Origin: a virus
Length of the DNA: 64,000 nucleotides
Direction: 5' to 3' (one strand)
IMG/VR virus record: IMGVR_UViG_3300025131_009739
Span: 101,873 to 165,872 of that record
A program made the translations under genes and the position numbers. Shown piece by piece: positions 38,615 to 48,589 of the stretch; the stretch's first letter is position 1, and each line of letters starts with the position of its first letter. The notes beneath the pieces are model-generated. The model searched no databases, was not told where the DNA came from, and worked only from the letters and a program-made list of their open reading frames with translations.

Positions 38615-39445
38615 TTATTCCATGGGTTCCAATTCTAGTTCTTCGCCCGGTACTTCCGGTTCAAGCTCTAGAGCTTCTGGTTCTTCTAATGGGGCCTCTT
38701 CTGGCGCTAATTCTACAGTTTCTTCTTCCCTAGTAGCTGAAATCTCTGCTTGGACTTCTTCTTCCCATGTATCAAAATATAAATTTAATTGTTCTTTCAT
38801 GTTATCATAAAAAACTTCTTCATCTGTAGTATTCCCCATTCTATTCCAATAACGCAATAAAGAAGCTTTCACTTCGGTTAAATTAAAAGTGTCAAAAGCT
38901 TGTTTTATACCTGTAACATCCCCATATTCTACTCCGGGAATTTTAAATGATTCTAATTCCTTGTCTTCTTTTTCCTCGGGTGTTTCTTTTTCAGGCTCTG
39001 TCCCCATTAAACGATCATCTTTATCAACTGAAATGGTAATTTCTTCTTCTTGTTCAGCAAGATCAACTTTGGAAACCTCTTTGGTATTGTCTCCTGGTGC
39101 CTGCATCGCGCTTTGAGTTTCAAGAGTTCTTAAAACATGATAAACAATGTGTTCTCTGAACGTTTCTCTTTGCTCTTCCGTTGATTTTAATTCTTTATAT
39201 CCCAATTTAAGTCTTTTTAAAAATCCTGTGTCCAAAAATAAAGAATCTAAGAAGTTTTTGCCAGTTTCAGGATATAGCGGCTCTCTTTCTTTCTCTTGAA
39301 GAACTGCTTTGCGGATTAAATTTCTTAATTTTTTTTCTTCGTCAAATTGTTTGTTTGTTCTTCTTTCTTTTACAATTTGGATAGCTTTACGAATATACTT
39401 TCTAAGCTTAAGTTCATTTATAAAATCTTCTCTACTGATTTGCAT
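38615..39445 (-). CDS. Hypothetical acidic protein, possibly virion-internal
   Basis: LRKYIRKAI and LRNLIRKAV helices; E/P-rich tail. Confidence 0.6.
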   Translation of the reverse strand: MQISREDFINELKLRKYIRKAIQIVKERRTNKQFDEEKKLRNLIRKAVLQEKEREPLYPETGKNFLDSLFLDTGFLKRLKLGYKELKSTEEQRETFREHIVYHVLRTLETQSAMQAPGDNTKEVSKVDLAEQEEEITISVDKDDRLMGTEPEKETPEEKEDKELESFKIPGVEYGDVTGIKQAFDTFNLTEVKASLLRYWNRMGNTTDEEVFYDNMKEQLNLYFDTWEEEVQAEISATREEETVELAPEEAPLEEPEALELEPEVPGEELELEPME

Positions 39446-39458
39446 ATGGAAAATACTC

Positions 39459-42200
39459 CTATTTGTTTAATAAATAGTTTAACACATCGTTAATAAGCTG
39501 TTCATTTTCTTCAAGCTTCTTTTTCTTTTTTGGTTTTGTTTTTCTTGGCTTAACGATAGCTGCTGATATACCAACAGAACCCATTCCCATTCCGGACATT
39601 TCTTCTAGATCTTCTGGCGGATCCGAAGATATAGAAATTGTAATTTTGCTCTTTTTGTTTTGAAGCTCTCTGCAGTTTGGATCTTCATAACAAGCCTCTT
39701 TGTCTCCTGCTGCTCCAGCAACGAAAGCTTGATAGCTTGGATCGCTTTCTTCTGTTTTGACCTTCGCGAGGCTTATATTTCTGGTTTCCGCAGAAGCTCG
39801 CTCTCGTGCGAATCTTTCTTCTTCCTCTCTTTCTATTTCGGCATCAAGCATCGCAAACACTTTTGCACGATTGATCTTTCTTTCGTCATCCGTGCGGATT
39901 GGAAGCTTGGTCGTGGTTGAATACCCCGTGGGGATACTATATTTATTAAGCCAAATAAATGCATTTCGACCTTGTATTATATTCTCAATCTCCGGTTTAG
40001 AAAGTTTATAACTTTTTAATTCTTTTTCAAACTTTTCATCATCGAAGATACGCATAAGATTTTGATGTTCGTCTGACATAACATTTTGTTCCGCCTCTTT
40101 CCAAATTCTCTTAGCTTCTTTGCTCCATTGATCAAGTTCTTCAGGAGATAACCGGTGCTCGCCGGCGAAAATATCTATTTCTGTTTCTTCTCCTAGAGGA
40201 GGTGCGCTCTTAGTTCTTTTTGTAGACGGTCTTGTGTGTCCTTTCCCACCACCAGTATGTTTGTTTCCGCCTTTTGTGATGAGCCGAGTTTTCATGCGAG
40301 AATGTTTAGCTTTCACTTTCTTTTGAAAAGGTTCAGTCTGTTCGTCCAGAGCTTCTTCAATTAGCCTGTATAAAATGGAAGAAAGTAGTCCTTTTTTTTT
40401 ATTTTCGGAAAGTTCTTCCGATTCTGGCTCCAAAGATGGCTCTAATTCTATTTCTGGTTCTGGCGGTATACCTAAAATAGACAATGCCAGACTTTCATCA
40501 ACATTATCTGGAAGAAAACTTCTAATTTCTTCGTAATTTTTAGTTTCTATAGCTTTTCGAAAATCAGAGGCACTCATATCGACAGTGTAAGTGTAAACAA
40601 GTTTGGGGTCGAGCGGTTCTAAAATAGTAACCATTTCACCTGTTATGTCATGTTTAAATCTAAGTTCGTCTTCGATACCGCCTCTATCAAATCTTCCCGC
40701 TGCGTCGGGAACTCCTTTTGCATCAGGTTTTGTGCTGGCGCCAAGAAGTATACAATCTTTTAATTTATAATTTTGTGCTATCCATTCCATGGAAGTTCGA
40801 ACCGGGGAATTGCTTTCGGATTTTTGAATAATAACATTTCTTAACTTATATGTTTTTTTATACAATTTCCACATGGCAATTGCTGAATCGATACCAACTG
40901 CTGCTTGATCTTTCTTTTTTTCTCCTCTTGAAAGTGGAGACACAAAAACAAAAACTTTATTTGCAATTTTAGAATAATGTTGCACCATTGACAAATGTTC
41001 TTTATGCGGAGGCTTAAACGCGCCAGGAATTAAAGCAACTGTTCTTTTACATTTCAAAGGATCTGCATCCTCGTCTTCGTCTTTTCTAAATGTTGATGCC
41101 ATTCCGCCAAGAATAAAATCTCCAGTAATTTTTACCATGTCAACGCCAAAACGTTTTTTATCGACCAAGACGACGCCTTCATGATTTTCGGCGTCCCCCA
41201 TATCACTTGTCAATGCATTAAGAACTTCCCTACCAAGAACTCTTGTAGCATGATAAAAAATAGCACCATTGATTGCGTTCTGTGCATTAGTCGAAGAATC
41301 TACACCTTCTGGAACTGCCAAAAAATGTGATAAAGATTCTTTATTTAAGACGGCAATATAAATTTCCTTGCTTAAAGCTCCTGATTTTTCACCATTTGCA
41401 AGAGTTACGGTTTCATGTCGTGGGTTTTTTGCTATCTTTAACCAATCTCGTAATAGTGCGGTTTGGGAATCATTAAACTCCTCATCATAAACAACAGTAA
41501 ATTTTTCATCCAGCACGCGGTTTAAATCAATACTTGCTATTTCTTTAAAAGCTGCCGGCACAGTTCCATAAATTTTAAAATTATGTCTCTTGGCAACTTT
41601 TCTAACTTTATTTAATAAAGATTTTAAAGCTTTTTCTTGTTTGCCATCTAATGTAAAAACTGTTGAGAAAACGTTTCCCGGGATATCAGGGGGCCTTGGA
41701 ATTCCAGGTCTATATGCTTTTTTAGATTTTTTTTCGTATATTTGTCCTACATTATGAATAGCAAGAAAATCATGATCATATTCCATAACATTGGTTTGCC
41801 CTTCGACATATTCTGTATTGAAAAATAATGTTGGATTATCCCACATACCTAATGTTTTTAACTCTGACGTTATATCTGGTAGAGCTTCGTTAAAAATATT
41901 TAACAGATTTGTATATACCCTAATCATGCCATGGCCTTCTTCAAATCTTCTATGTAAATTATTTGATGTTAACCCTTGCACATCTAAAGGATTTAAAGAA
42001 GCTCTGTCGCCAACAAATTCTTTTCTTCCATCAGATCTTTCCACCACTTTAAAACTTGCATTGACGCCATCTATTTTTAAAGTAGCTTTATTTTCTTTCA
42101 AAGATTTAATAGCATCTTTAAAGAATTTTATTAGATCGTCGCCATCTTTAACTTTTGACAAGTCAAAGGGGTGAGGCATATGACCTCCCGCCGCGCCCAT
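39459..42200 (-). CDS. Multidomain protein: KxDG ligase-like domain plus HIGH-type nucleotidyltransferase
   Basis: GGHMPHPFD...LKIDG...HEGVV...VKITG; PGAFKPPHKEH; MSASDFR. Confidence 0.7.
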   Translation of the reverse strand: MGAAGGHMPHPFDLSKVKDGDDLIKFFKDAIKSLKENKATLKIDGVNASFKVVERSDGRKEFVGDRASLNPLDVQGLTSNNLHRRFEEGHGMIRVYTNLLNIFNEALPDITSELKTLGMWDNPTLFFNTEYVEGQTNVMEYDHDFLAIHNVGQIYEKKSKKAYRPGIPRPPDIPGNVFSTVFTLDGKQEKALKSLLNKVRKVAKRHNFKIYGTVPAAFKEIASIDLNRVLDEKFTVVYDEEFNDSQTALLRDWLKIAKNPRHETVTLANGEKSGALSKEIYIAVLNKESLSHFLAVPEGVDSSTNAQNAINGAIFYHATRVLGREVLNALTSDMGDAENHEGVVLVDKKRFGVDMVKITGDFILGGMASTFRKDEDEDADPLKCKRTVALIPGAFKPPHKEHLSMVQHYSKIANKVFVFVSPLSRGEKKKDQAAVGIDSAIAMWKLYKKTYKLRNVIIQKSESNSPVRTSMEWIAQNYKLKDCILLGASTKPDAKGVPDAAGRFDRGGIEDELRFKHDITGEMVTILEPLDPKLVYTYTVDMSASDFRKAIETKNYEEIRSFLPDNVDESLALSILGIPPEPEIELEPSLEPESEELSENKKKGLLSSILYRLIEEALDEQTEPFQKKVKAKHSRMKTRLITKGGNKHTGGGKGHTRPSTKRTKSAPPLGEETEIDIFAGEHRLSPEELDQWSKEAKRIWKEAEQNVMSDEHQNLMRIFDDEKFEKELKSYKLSKPEIENIIQGRNAFIWLNKYSIPTGYSTTTKLPIRTDDERKINRAKVFAMLDAEIEREEEERFARERASAETRNISLAKVKTEESDPSYQAFVAGAAGDKEACYEDPNCRELQNKKSKITISISSDPPEDLEEMSGMGMGSVGISAAIVKPRKTKPKKKKKLEENEQLINDVLNYLLNK

Positions 42201-42451
42201 TATTTTTTATCCTCTTCCAGTACCTTTAGTTTGTCTTCGAGCATTAAAACTTTTTCTTCAAGTTTTCTTGTATGCCGCTTTATCTCACGTACATGCTCGA
42301 GAGCAATTTCAACTCTTCTTTTTTCTGTTTGAGACTTTGGATTAAGGTTTCTAAGGATTTCACTCAAAGACTGAACATAACTGCGCACGCTTGGAGGGCT
42401 GTGACCTTCTCCAATCAAAAATTTGCGAGTCATTGAATCCCAATCTATCAT
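42200..42451 (-). CDS. Hypothetical coiled-coil protein
   Basis: 83 aa translationally coupled ORF. Confidence 0.6.
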   Translation of the reverse strand: MIDWDSMTRKFLIGEGHSPPSVRSYVQSLSEILRNLNPKSQTEKRRVEIALEHVREIKRHTRKLEEKVLMLEDKLKVLEEDKK

Positions 42452-43324
42452 TTACTTTTTTGTATATTCTTTTACGAGTTTATTATAAAGTGAATCTTCC
42501 CACCATTGTTTAGTAGGTTTTTTTCCTTCATTAACCTTGACGCGCTTCCCACGCCCGGGATCGGCAACGTGCTTGTCTTTATTTTCGGGCCGATCTGCAG
42601 CGCCACCTTCGTCCAAATCCTCTTCCTCTTCTCCCGGGAGTTCTTCCTCTTCTTCAAGATGAACTCTCTTTCCACGACCAGAATCGGCTACATGTTTATC
42701 CTTGTTTTCAGGACGATCAGCCGCTCCGCCTTCCTTAAGGTCCTCCTCCTCTTCGGATACGTCTTCCGTCGATTCTAGAGGCGTTTCTGTGTCTTCTAGT
42801 ATGTTTTTTTTGCTTAGTGCCGTTTGTAAAGCTTTTTGCACTAATTCTCGAATAGTTTTCTCATTCATGAGATTGTCTCCTTTTATACCTTTATAATTAG
42901 TTTCTTCTAATCCATTTGTCTGCATTAAATCACACCAATCTCTAAAAACCATATTGCCTCTTAAAAAAGCATCCTTTTCCATCTCTCTTAGATGAGGATC
43001 TTTTTGTGCATAGCCTTCTTCTGTTGCTCCGGAATTTTCAAATTTACCGTTACAGTTCTGATGATGATGCACTAACTCATGAGATAAAGATCTCATAATG
43101 TCTTTTGGGTGACGCCCATCTGTATATAAAACAATTGTAGAACTTTCCGGTTCGTAATGAGCTGTTTTACCAAAGGGGCTTTGTGCGTTTTGCTGATCCG
43201 ATTGTAATTGAACGCTTACAGGTTTGTTAAACCCTACTTTTTTTTGTGCAAAAGGAAAAAACTTTTCAATCAATTGAGTTAGAGCAGAAAAGTTTTTACC
43301 GGTATTGTTTTTTAGTGTGTACAT
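42452..43324 (-). CDS. HExxH metallopeptidase-like protein with repeated acidic C-terminal region
   Basis: RSLSHELVHHHQ...EKDA; two copies of EGGAADRPENKDKHVAD.GRGKRV. Confidence 0.7.
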   Translation of the reverse strand: MYTLKNNTGKNFSALTQLIEKFFPFAQKKVGFNKPVSVQLQSDQQNAQSPFGKTAHYEPESSTIVLYTDGRHPKDIMRSLSHELVHHHQNCNGKFENSGATEEGYAQKDPHLREMEKDAFLRGNMVFRDWCDLMQTNGLEETNYKGIKGDNLMNEKTIRELVQKALQTALSKKNILEDTETPLESTEDVSEEEEDLKEGGAADRPENKDKHVADSGRGKRVHLEEEEELPGEEEEDLDEGGAADRPENKDKHVADPGRGKRVKVNEGKKPTKQWWEDSLYNKLVKEYTKK

Positions 43325-43364
43325 TCTTGTGTTAATAATTAGTTATGTAATTTCTTTGTTGCCA

Positions 43365-45476
43365 TTATTCGCAAACTGTGTCATCTATTATTTGCATTAA
43401 ATTGTTAAATATTTCTTCTGAATCACTCGTCAGTTCGAACCATTGACCATTGCCAACTTGACAAAGATTTTCCCAACCTACAGAAGTGCCGGCCCAGGTC
43501 ATAGCGTTTGCTGTAGAACTGGGACTAAAAACAAACACGTTCAAATCTTTTACGCCACCTTCAAGTTTCAATATGATATCGTTTGTTATCAATGGATCCA
43601 TATAGCTTTGCCCATTTTCATCTGTAAGAACAACAACAACTCTATTTGCCGATTTTGGATATCCTCTCCAACTTAACACAAAGCTAGGTATCGGAGGATC
43701 TGAATATATGAACATGTTCGAATACATTGTCATCCAAGCTAGCTCGAGATGGTCATATTCAATGAAATTAGAATTTGCGAGAGGATAAAGGGAAAGATAT
43801 ATGGCATCATACAACATTTCACGAGAGCCATCAATTGCAGTAAAGTCAGTTGTAGTTAGTGCTGTCAAGAATGAACTGAAACCAGAAAAGTCATGTTTTA
43901 TTTTTAAAGACTCCGTAGCTATATTCGACCCGCTATCCTGTTTGATAACTTCATGTATCGGCCCAAATATCAATCCCCATTTAATGACGCTTTCATCACT
44001 ATAATAAAGAGCAAACTTACTAAGGGCAGATATGATTGCCTCGACTTCATCGCTCATAGAACCAGATGTATCTAATATAAATAATACATCTGTGTCTTCC
44101 ATATCGTCTTCTATCTCGCCATCGCAATTGTCATCTAATCCATTACAAAGTTCTTCCGGTAAAGGTAGCACTTCCCCTAAACACATGTCGTCAATAAAGA
44201 TTTCCTCAAGAAAGTTTCCCCACTTTCCAGTATTACATATAAGATTTCCTGGTTTGCATATTCCAATATTTAATGTTTCCGGCGGCCCGGTATAGCACTG
44301 TTTGAAAAGATCTTCATCTATTTGCCCATCACAATCATCATCATGATTGTTGCAAATTTCCGATATTATAATACCTTTATATTCATCACAAACAACATCT
44401 GGCGGAGGAGGGAAATAAAAACAAGATGCTTTGCACTGTGTCATTCCAAATTCAATACATAGCTGTCCTTCGGGCGGATCCACTGCGCATTCACAAGTCT
44501 TATATCCTTGTCCACAGATTAGAGGGTTTTCCATACAAGGTATTAATATGCCAACGTCTCCGACGCCGCAAACGCAATCTAGATCTTCATCGATGTTTCC
44601 ATCACAATCGTCATCTTCAGCATTACAGTACTCTTCAACTGGTTGTTGTGCGGTACAGCTGACCCACATACCGCCAAAACATATCTCATACCCTTTTTCA
44701 CAGACAGTTTCGCATTCTTGAAGCAAATTTTCATCTATAAACCCATTGCAATCATTATCAATTCCATCACAAACTTCTTCCGGTAGCGGGCCACATTTGT
44801 CACATGCATTTCTTTGATGTTCATCGATTTCATTATCACAATCATCATCGAGATAGTTACAGATCTCTTCTTCTGGTTCTTCAGCGGTACAAATTATTTC
44901 GCCTTCGATGCAATATGCCGGCGCAGTTTCACACACTGTTGTACATTCGTAAGTTCCTTCGTCGATTTCGCCATCACAATCATTATCCTCTAAATCGCAT
45001 ACTTCATCATCATCGCACTTCCAACAGTCTGTTAAATCAACTTTTCCCTTGTCGCAAACCACATATTGCTGCCCGGGGAACCCTTCGTCAGTTTGGCATG
45101 TCTGAACAGCGATTATCGGATCTGTGGGATCGCATTCGTGTTTCATTCTGCAATTGTCGATCATAACAATTTTAAAATCATCACAAGTGTCGACAATTGC
45201 TTCTGCGATCCAATATTCTTCATATGGAGGACACCTTAACCAAACAGCTTCCCAGCAATCTTCTTTATATTGTGCAGCTACATCAGGTTCTTGTTTTTGG
45301 ATATCCTGTATTTGAAAGGTATCTGGCGGCGGGGCTATTTCTGATTTGGTATCTGTTTCTTGTTCTATAATTGTCCAGACGTCGTTCTTTGGGATACCAT
45401 CAACTATTTTAGGGTCGACCTTACCGCATGCAACAAACAAGAACAACAATAATGTTATTTTAATATATTTCGACAT
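43365..45476 (-). CDS. Lipoprotein with six Cys/Asp (MopE-like DxDCDG) repeats and a C-terminal vWA domain
   Basis: Lipobox LFVAC; six ExC...D[ND]DCDGxIDE-like repeats; MIDAS DTSGS and VLTDE. Confidence 0.8.
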   Translation of the reverse strand: MSKYIKITLLLFLFVACGKVDPKIVDGIPKNDVWTIIEQETDTKSEIAPPPDTFQIQDIQKQEPDVAAQYKEDCWEAVWLRCPPYEEYWIAEAIVDTCDDFKIVMIDNCRMKHECDPTDPIIAVQTCQTDEGFPGQQYVVCDKGKVDLTDCWKCDDDEVCDLEDNDCDGEIDEGTYECTTVCETAPAYCIEGEIICTAEEPEEEICNYLDDDCDNEIDEHQRNACDKCGPLPEEVCDGIDNDCNGFIDENLLQECETVCEKGYEICFGGMWVSCTAQQPVEEYCNAEDDDCDGNIDEDLDCVCGVGDVGILIPCMENPLICGQGYKTCECAVDPPEGQLCIEFGMTQCKASCFYFPPPPDVVCDEYKGIIISEICNNHDDDCDGQIDEDLFKQCYTGPPETLNIGICKPGNLICNTGKWGNFLEEIFIDDMCLGEVLPLPEELCNGLDDNCDGEIEDDMEDTDVLFILDTSGSMSDEVEAIISALSKFALYYSDESVIKWGLIFGPIHEVIKQDSGSNIATESLKIKHDFSGFSSFLTALTTTDFTAIDGSREMLYDAIYLSLYPLANSNFIEYDHLELAWMTMYSNMFIYSDPPIPSFVLSWRGYPKSANRVVVVLTDENGQSYMDPLITNDIILKLEGGVKDLNVFVFSPSSTANAMTWAGTSVGWENLCQVGNGQWFELTSDSEEIFNNLMQIIDDTVCE

Positions 45477-45486
45477 ATATTAGTAA

Positions 45487-45783
45487 CTATGTCATTAAAA
45501 CAAGATTAAACCAAAAATACAGCATTAATGCCAAGTATACCGCAAAAGCGAACAAAATTGAATAGCGCGCAATTTTTTTGTCCTTGTTTTTTCCTAAAAT
45601 ATAACAACCGCCAATCACAAGAGCTAGCTTAGCGCAAACAAAAAAGCCTGCACCATATTCTAAGGCTTCGAACATTAAAGGGTTAGCTTCGATTGCGATC
45701 TTGTTATTTATAAACCAAAGTGTTGCGTAAATGTCAATTAAATTGAAAGTAATAATATAAGCTATTAAAATATTATAAAACAT
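45487..45783 (-). CDS. Small membrane protein (DUF5658-like)
   Basis: D..AT...EANPLM with three hydrophobic helices. Confidence 0.7.
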   Translation of the reverse strand: MFYNILIAYIITFNLIDIYATLWFINNKIAIEANPLMFEALEYGAGFFVCAKLALVIGGCYILGKNKDKKIARYSILFAFAVYLALMLYFWFNLVLMT

Positions 45784-46546
45784 TGTTATTCAAGGACATC
45801 ATCCTATCGTAAGCTTTGGTTCTCGCATCAAGTAGTTTTTTTATATACTCATTATTTCTTAAAGTTTTAAAAACTAAATTTTCAGTTGAATATATGCCTT
45901 TATCCATGATTCCGCATCTTCTTAATTTCTTAATCTTATCTCTTAATATTCCTGAAATATTATAAGCGGCTTCATCATTGTTGTCTTTCATGAGATCTCC
46001 GATTCTATCAATCTGCCCCATCAGATCTTTTACTTTTATTTTTACATTATTGTAATCTATTTTTGGTGTCATTTTATTTGGCTTAACATGCCACTGATCT
46101 TCTAATAAAGAATACACTCCTGTAGAAATATGTGGCTCATTTATATCCTGAACATATATTTCTACTTCATGATTTTTAATCATAATCTGATGTGTCTTGT
46201 TCCAATCTCCTTTTTTTGCATTAAAAAGATCTCGAACTAATGTGGTATTATCATCCATGTTTCTAAAATCAACAACAACATGAAGATCAATATCAGAGTA
46301 TTCTGTCCAATTGTAATTTGCCAGAGAGCCAGTAAATATTATGTCAATTATTTCATCGTTAGTAACGTTTAACTCATCCATGAAATCTAAAGCAATTTGA
46401 ATTAAGCGACTTGAAATCTCTGGCTTGACTCTATCTTCTGACTGCCAAACATTCATGTTTAACGAATCTTTAATTTCTAGAGAAGGCAGATCTATTTCAT
46501 TATTTTCTGCTGCTTCTAATAAAAATTTGATCCATTTGTTATTCAT
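45773..46546 (-). CDS. Pol-beta-superfamily nucleotidyltransferase
   Basis: GSLANYNWTEYSDIDLH...VEIYVQ. Confidence 0.8.
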   Translation of the reverse strand: MNNKWIKFLLEAAENNEIDLPSLEIKDSLNMNVWQSEDRVKPEISSRLIQIALDFMDELNVTNDEIIDIIFTGSLANYNWTEYSDIDLHVVVDFRNMDDNTTLVRDLFNAKKGDWNKTHQIMIKNHEVEIYVQDINEPHISTGVYSLLEDQWHVKPNKMTPKIDYNNVKIKVKDLMGQIDRIGDLMKDNNDEAAYNISGILRDKIKKLRRCGIMDKGIYSTENLVFKTLRNNEYIKKLLDARTKAYDRMMSLNNNVL

Positions 46547-47075
46547 TTTCTTTTAAATATTTGATAACTTCTTCTTTAATAACTTCTTCGAGATATTCTT
46601 TCCAATGTGGACTCTTCGGCGCGCCCCCTGGCTCTTGCGGCCCAAGATATTCACCAGCTTTAGTTTCTTTTTTAGCGTCTTCTGCTTTTCTAATTGCAAG
46701 AAGAAAGTCACTGTATATAATTTTTTTTATTGTAGGGTTTGTAAACGAGTCGGTCATCATGTTTAATGATTCGTCATATGGTGTGTTTGGATAAGTTGTC
46801 TTTAATAATAATTTTTTTTCTTCCTCTGTATAAGACTCCCACTTTTGCAAGGACCACCTGGTCTCCTTCAGCTCAAGTGCTAATTCCATATACAAATCCA
46901 AGGCAGAGGGCGCCCTTAATTTCAGCTCTTGTGATATAGCGTTAATAACCTCTAAAAATGTTTCAGTTGACATTTTCCCCACATTCTGTAATTTTTTAGC
47001 AATACTAATTTCGTCGAGATACTTTAAAGTTTCCTTTCTTATCAACTGCTTAATTTGTTCTTCTGTTAGTTTCAT
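46539..47075 (-). CDS. Hypothetical protein, possibly virion-internal
   Basis: MKLTEEQIKQLIRKE start and LEEVIKEE end. Confidence 0.6.
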   Translation of the reverse strand: MKLTEEQIKQLIRKETLKYLDEISIAKKLQNVGKMSTETFLEVINAISQELKLRAPSALDLYMELALELKETRWSLQKWESYTEEEKKLLLKTTYPNTPYDESLNMMTDSFTNPTIKKIIYSDFLLAIRKAEDAKKETKAGEYLGPQEPGGAPKSPHWKEYLEEVIKEEVIKYLKENE

Positions 47076-47089
47076 TGAGAAGTGTTCCT

Positions 47090-47344
47090 TTATTTTCTAG
47101 TTAGCAACGTGGCCAATACCAAAATAGCTACTAGGCCGACTACGCCATGGCTTCCCAATGCAGCTGTAAGGGCAACAACGTTGCCTACAACATCAACAGG
47201 GAAAAATGCTACGTTGGCTCCAAAAAGCACTTGCAACACTACCGCCAGTGCCAATAGCGCAACCGAGGCCTCTGTTGCCGCTTTCAAACCTTCTGTAAAT
47301 TTTTGTAAGTATTCCATTTTAATATCTCCTTTATTTGATATCAT
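47090..47344 (-). CDS. Small membrane protein (possible holin)
   Basis: Two to three hydrophobic helices; directly downstream of a putative murein enzyme. Confidence 0.55.
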   Translation of the reverse strand: MISNKGDIKMEYLQKFTEGLKAATEASVALLALAVVLQVLFGANVAFFPVDVVGNVVALTAALGSHGVVGLVAILVLATLLTRK

Positions 47345-47954
47345 CCTCTGTTACGAGGGTGTAGGTAAACTTGTTATCATATTTTTTTGCAGATAACTTA
47401 ATTAGTGCCATAAACGCGTTAAAATCTCTTGCGGACTTAAAAACTTGACACCCAGCAGAATATCCATTGACGCGTTCTGTTTCGCCAACTACAGCAGCTC
47501 TATGAATGTTAATTCCAAAGTAGCCTTCCTGGATTGTTGAATCGTCCATGTCAAGAATTTTATCTCTATCGTCATCGCGCCAAACTTTTACTTTGCCATT
47601 CTTTTGACAAAGAGCATCGTACTTCCCACGGTGCTTAGAAACTCTGTAAACGCCCCTATATTGGCCGGGAACAAGAATCGCGGCTCCATCTTCATTAATG
47701 GGTGTTTTGAGGTAACGAATGCCTATATCTGTGGTTACCTGATAACTGTCCACAATCCAATTTTTATTATCGTCGCGATATACTAGAAAGAGGCAATCAT
47801 CAAATTCATTTGCTTTTGTTTGATTGCTTCGACATCCAATTATGTTAACATTGTGTGATTTATTATTATCGAAAAATGCATAATTATTCTTCTCAAGAAC
47901 GCTCTGCAAATGTTCAACAATAAGTTTTGCATGCAAGCCTTTTATTTTAGCCAT
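47331..47954 (-). CDS. L,D-transpeptidase-like putative murein enzyme
   Basis: GINIHRA...SAGCQV (His...Cys catalytic pattern). Confidence 0.6.
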   Translation of the reverse strand: MAKIKGLHAKLIVEHLQSVLEKNNYAFFDNNKSHNVNIIGCRSNQTKANEFDDCLFLVYRDDNKNWIVDSYQVTTDIGIRYLKTPINEDGAAILVPGQYRGVYRVSKHRGKYDALCQKNGKVKVWRDDDRDKILDMDDSTIQEGYFGINIHRAAVVGETERVNGYSAGCQVFKSARDFNAFMALIKLSAKKYDNKFTYTLVTEDDIK

Positions 47955-48589
47955 TTTTTAAGCTCCTTTATTGTATTTTCAGCTGAAGTGTGTTTTATTG
48001 CAATTCCACCGTTGGCGCTCCATGGAAATAAATATTTGTCCATATCATCAATTAATATATTTTTACTCCCATCTTCATTACGAGCATATCTATGCTTGCT
48101 TGTGTTTTCTTCAAATCCTTCATCTGTTCCGGCGATGATAATTTTTTTTGGGCTTGGGTTTAATTTTTCCAGCCATTGTCTTTTTCCTTCATTGCAAGCT
48201 TGATCAATAGTATCATTAATTTTCCACGGGGCAGATAGAATAATTGGTTTGTATTCTGAAATAAATTTCCAAAGCTTCATTGCATCTGCTTTTGGCGGCA
48301 AATCTGCCCAAAATTTCTTTCTTTCTTCGCGCTCGCCGGCTGATAAAATATCAAATATAGCTTGAGCACCTTTACTAAAATTAGGATCTTGCTGCAGAGT
48401 TTGCCACAACATGCCAGAGTTAATAACTTGAATAGCTTGTTCTTTCGCATCATCTTCCATATCTGCGAACACTAATTCTTCTTCCACTCCGGCTTCAAGA
48501 TTAACTAAAACACCATCCATATCACAATATATTTGGTGTGATTCACCCTTTTCTAGAAAATCTTTCCATTTTTCTGTTATTTTATCCAT
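47942..48589 (-). CDS. HAD 5'(3')-deoxyribonucleotidase-like protein
   Basis: IYCDMDGVL, FWADLP, ILSAP, ILIDD. Confidence 0.8.
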   Translation of the reverse strand: MDKITEKWKDFLEKGESHQIYCDMDGVLVNLEAGVEEELVFADMEDDAKEQAIQVINSGMLWQTLQQDPNFSKGAQAIFDILSAGEREERKKFWADLPPKADAMKLWKFISEYKPIILSAPWKINDTIDQACNEGKRQWLEKLNPSPKKIIIAGTDEGFEENTSKHRYARNEDGSKNILIDDMDKYLFPWSANGGIAIKHTSAENTIKELKKWLK

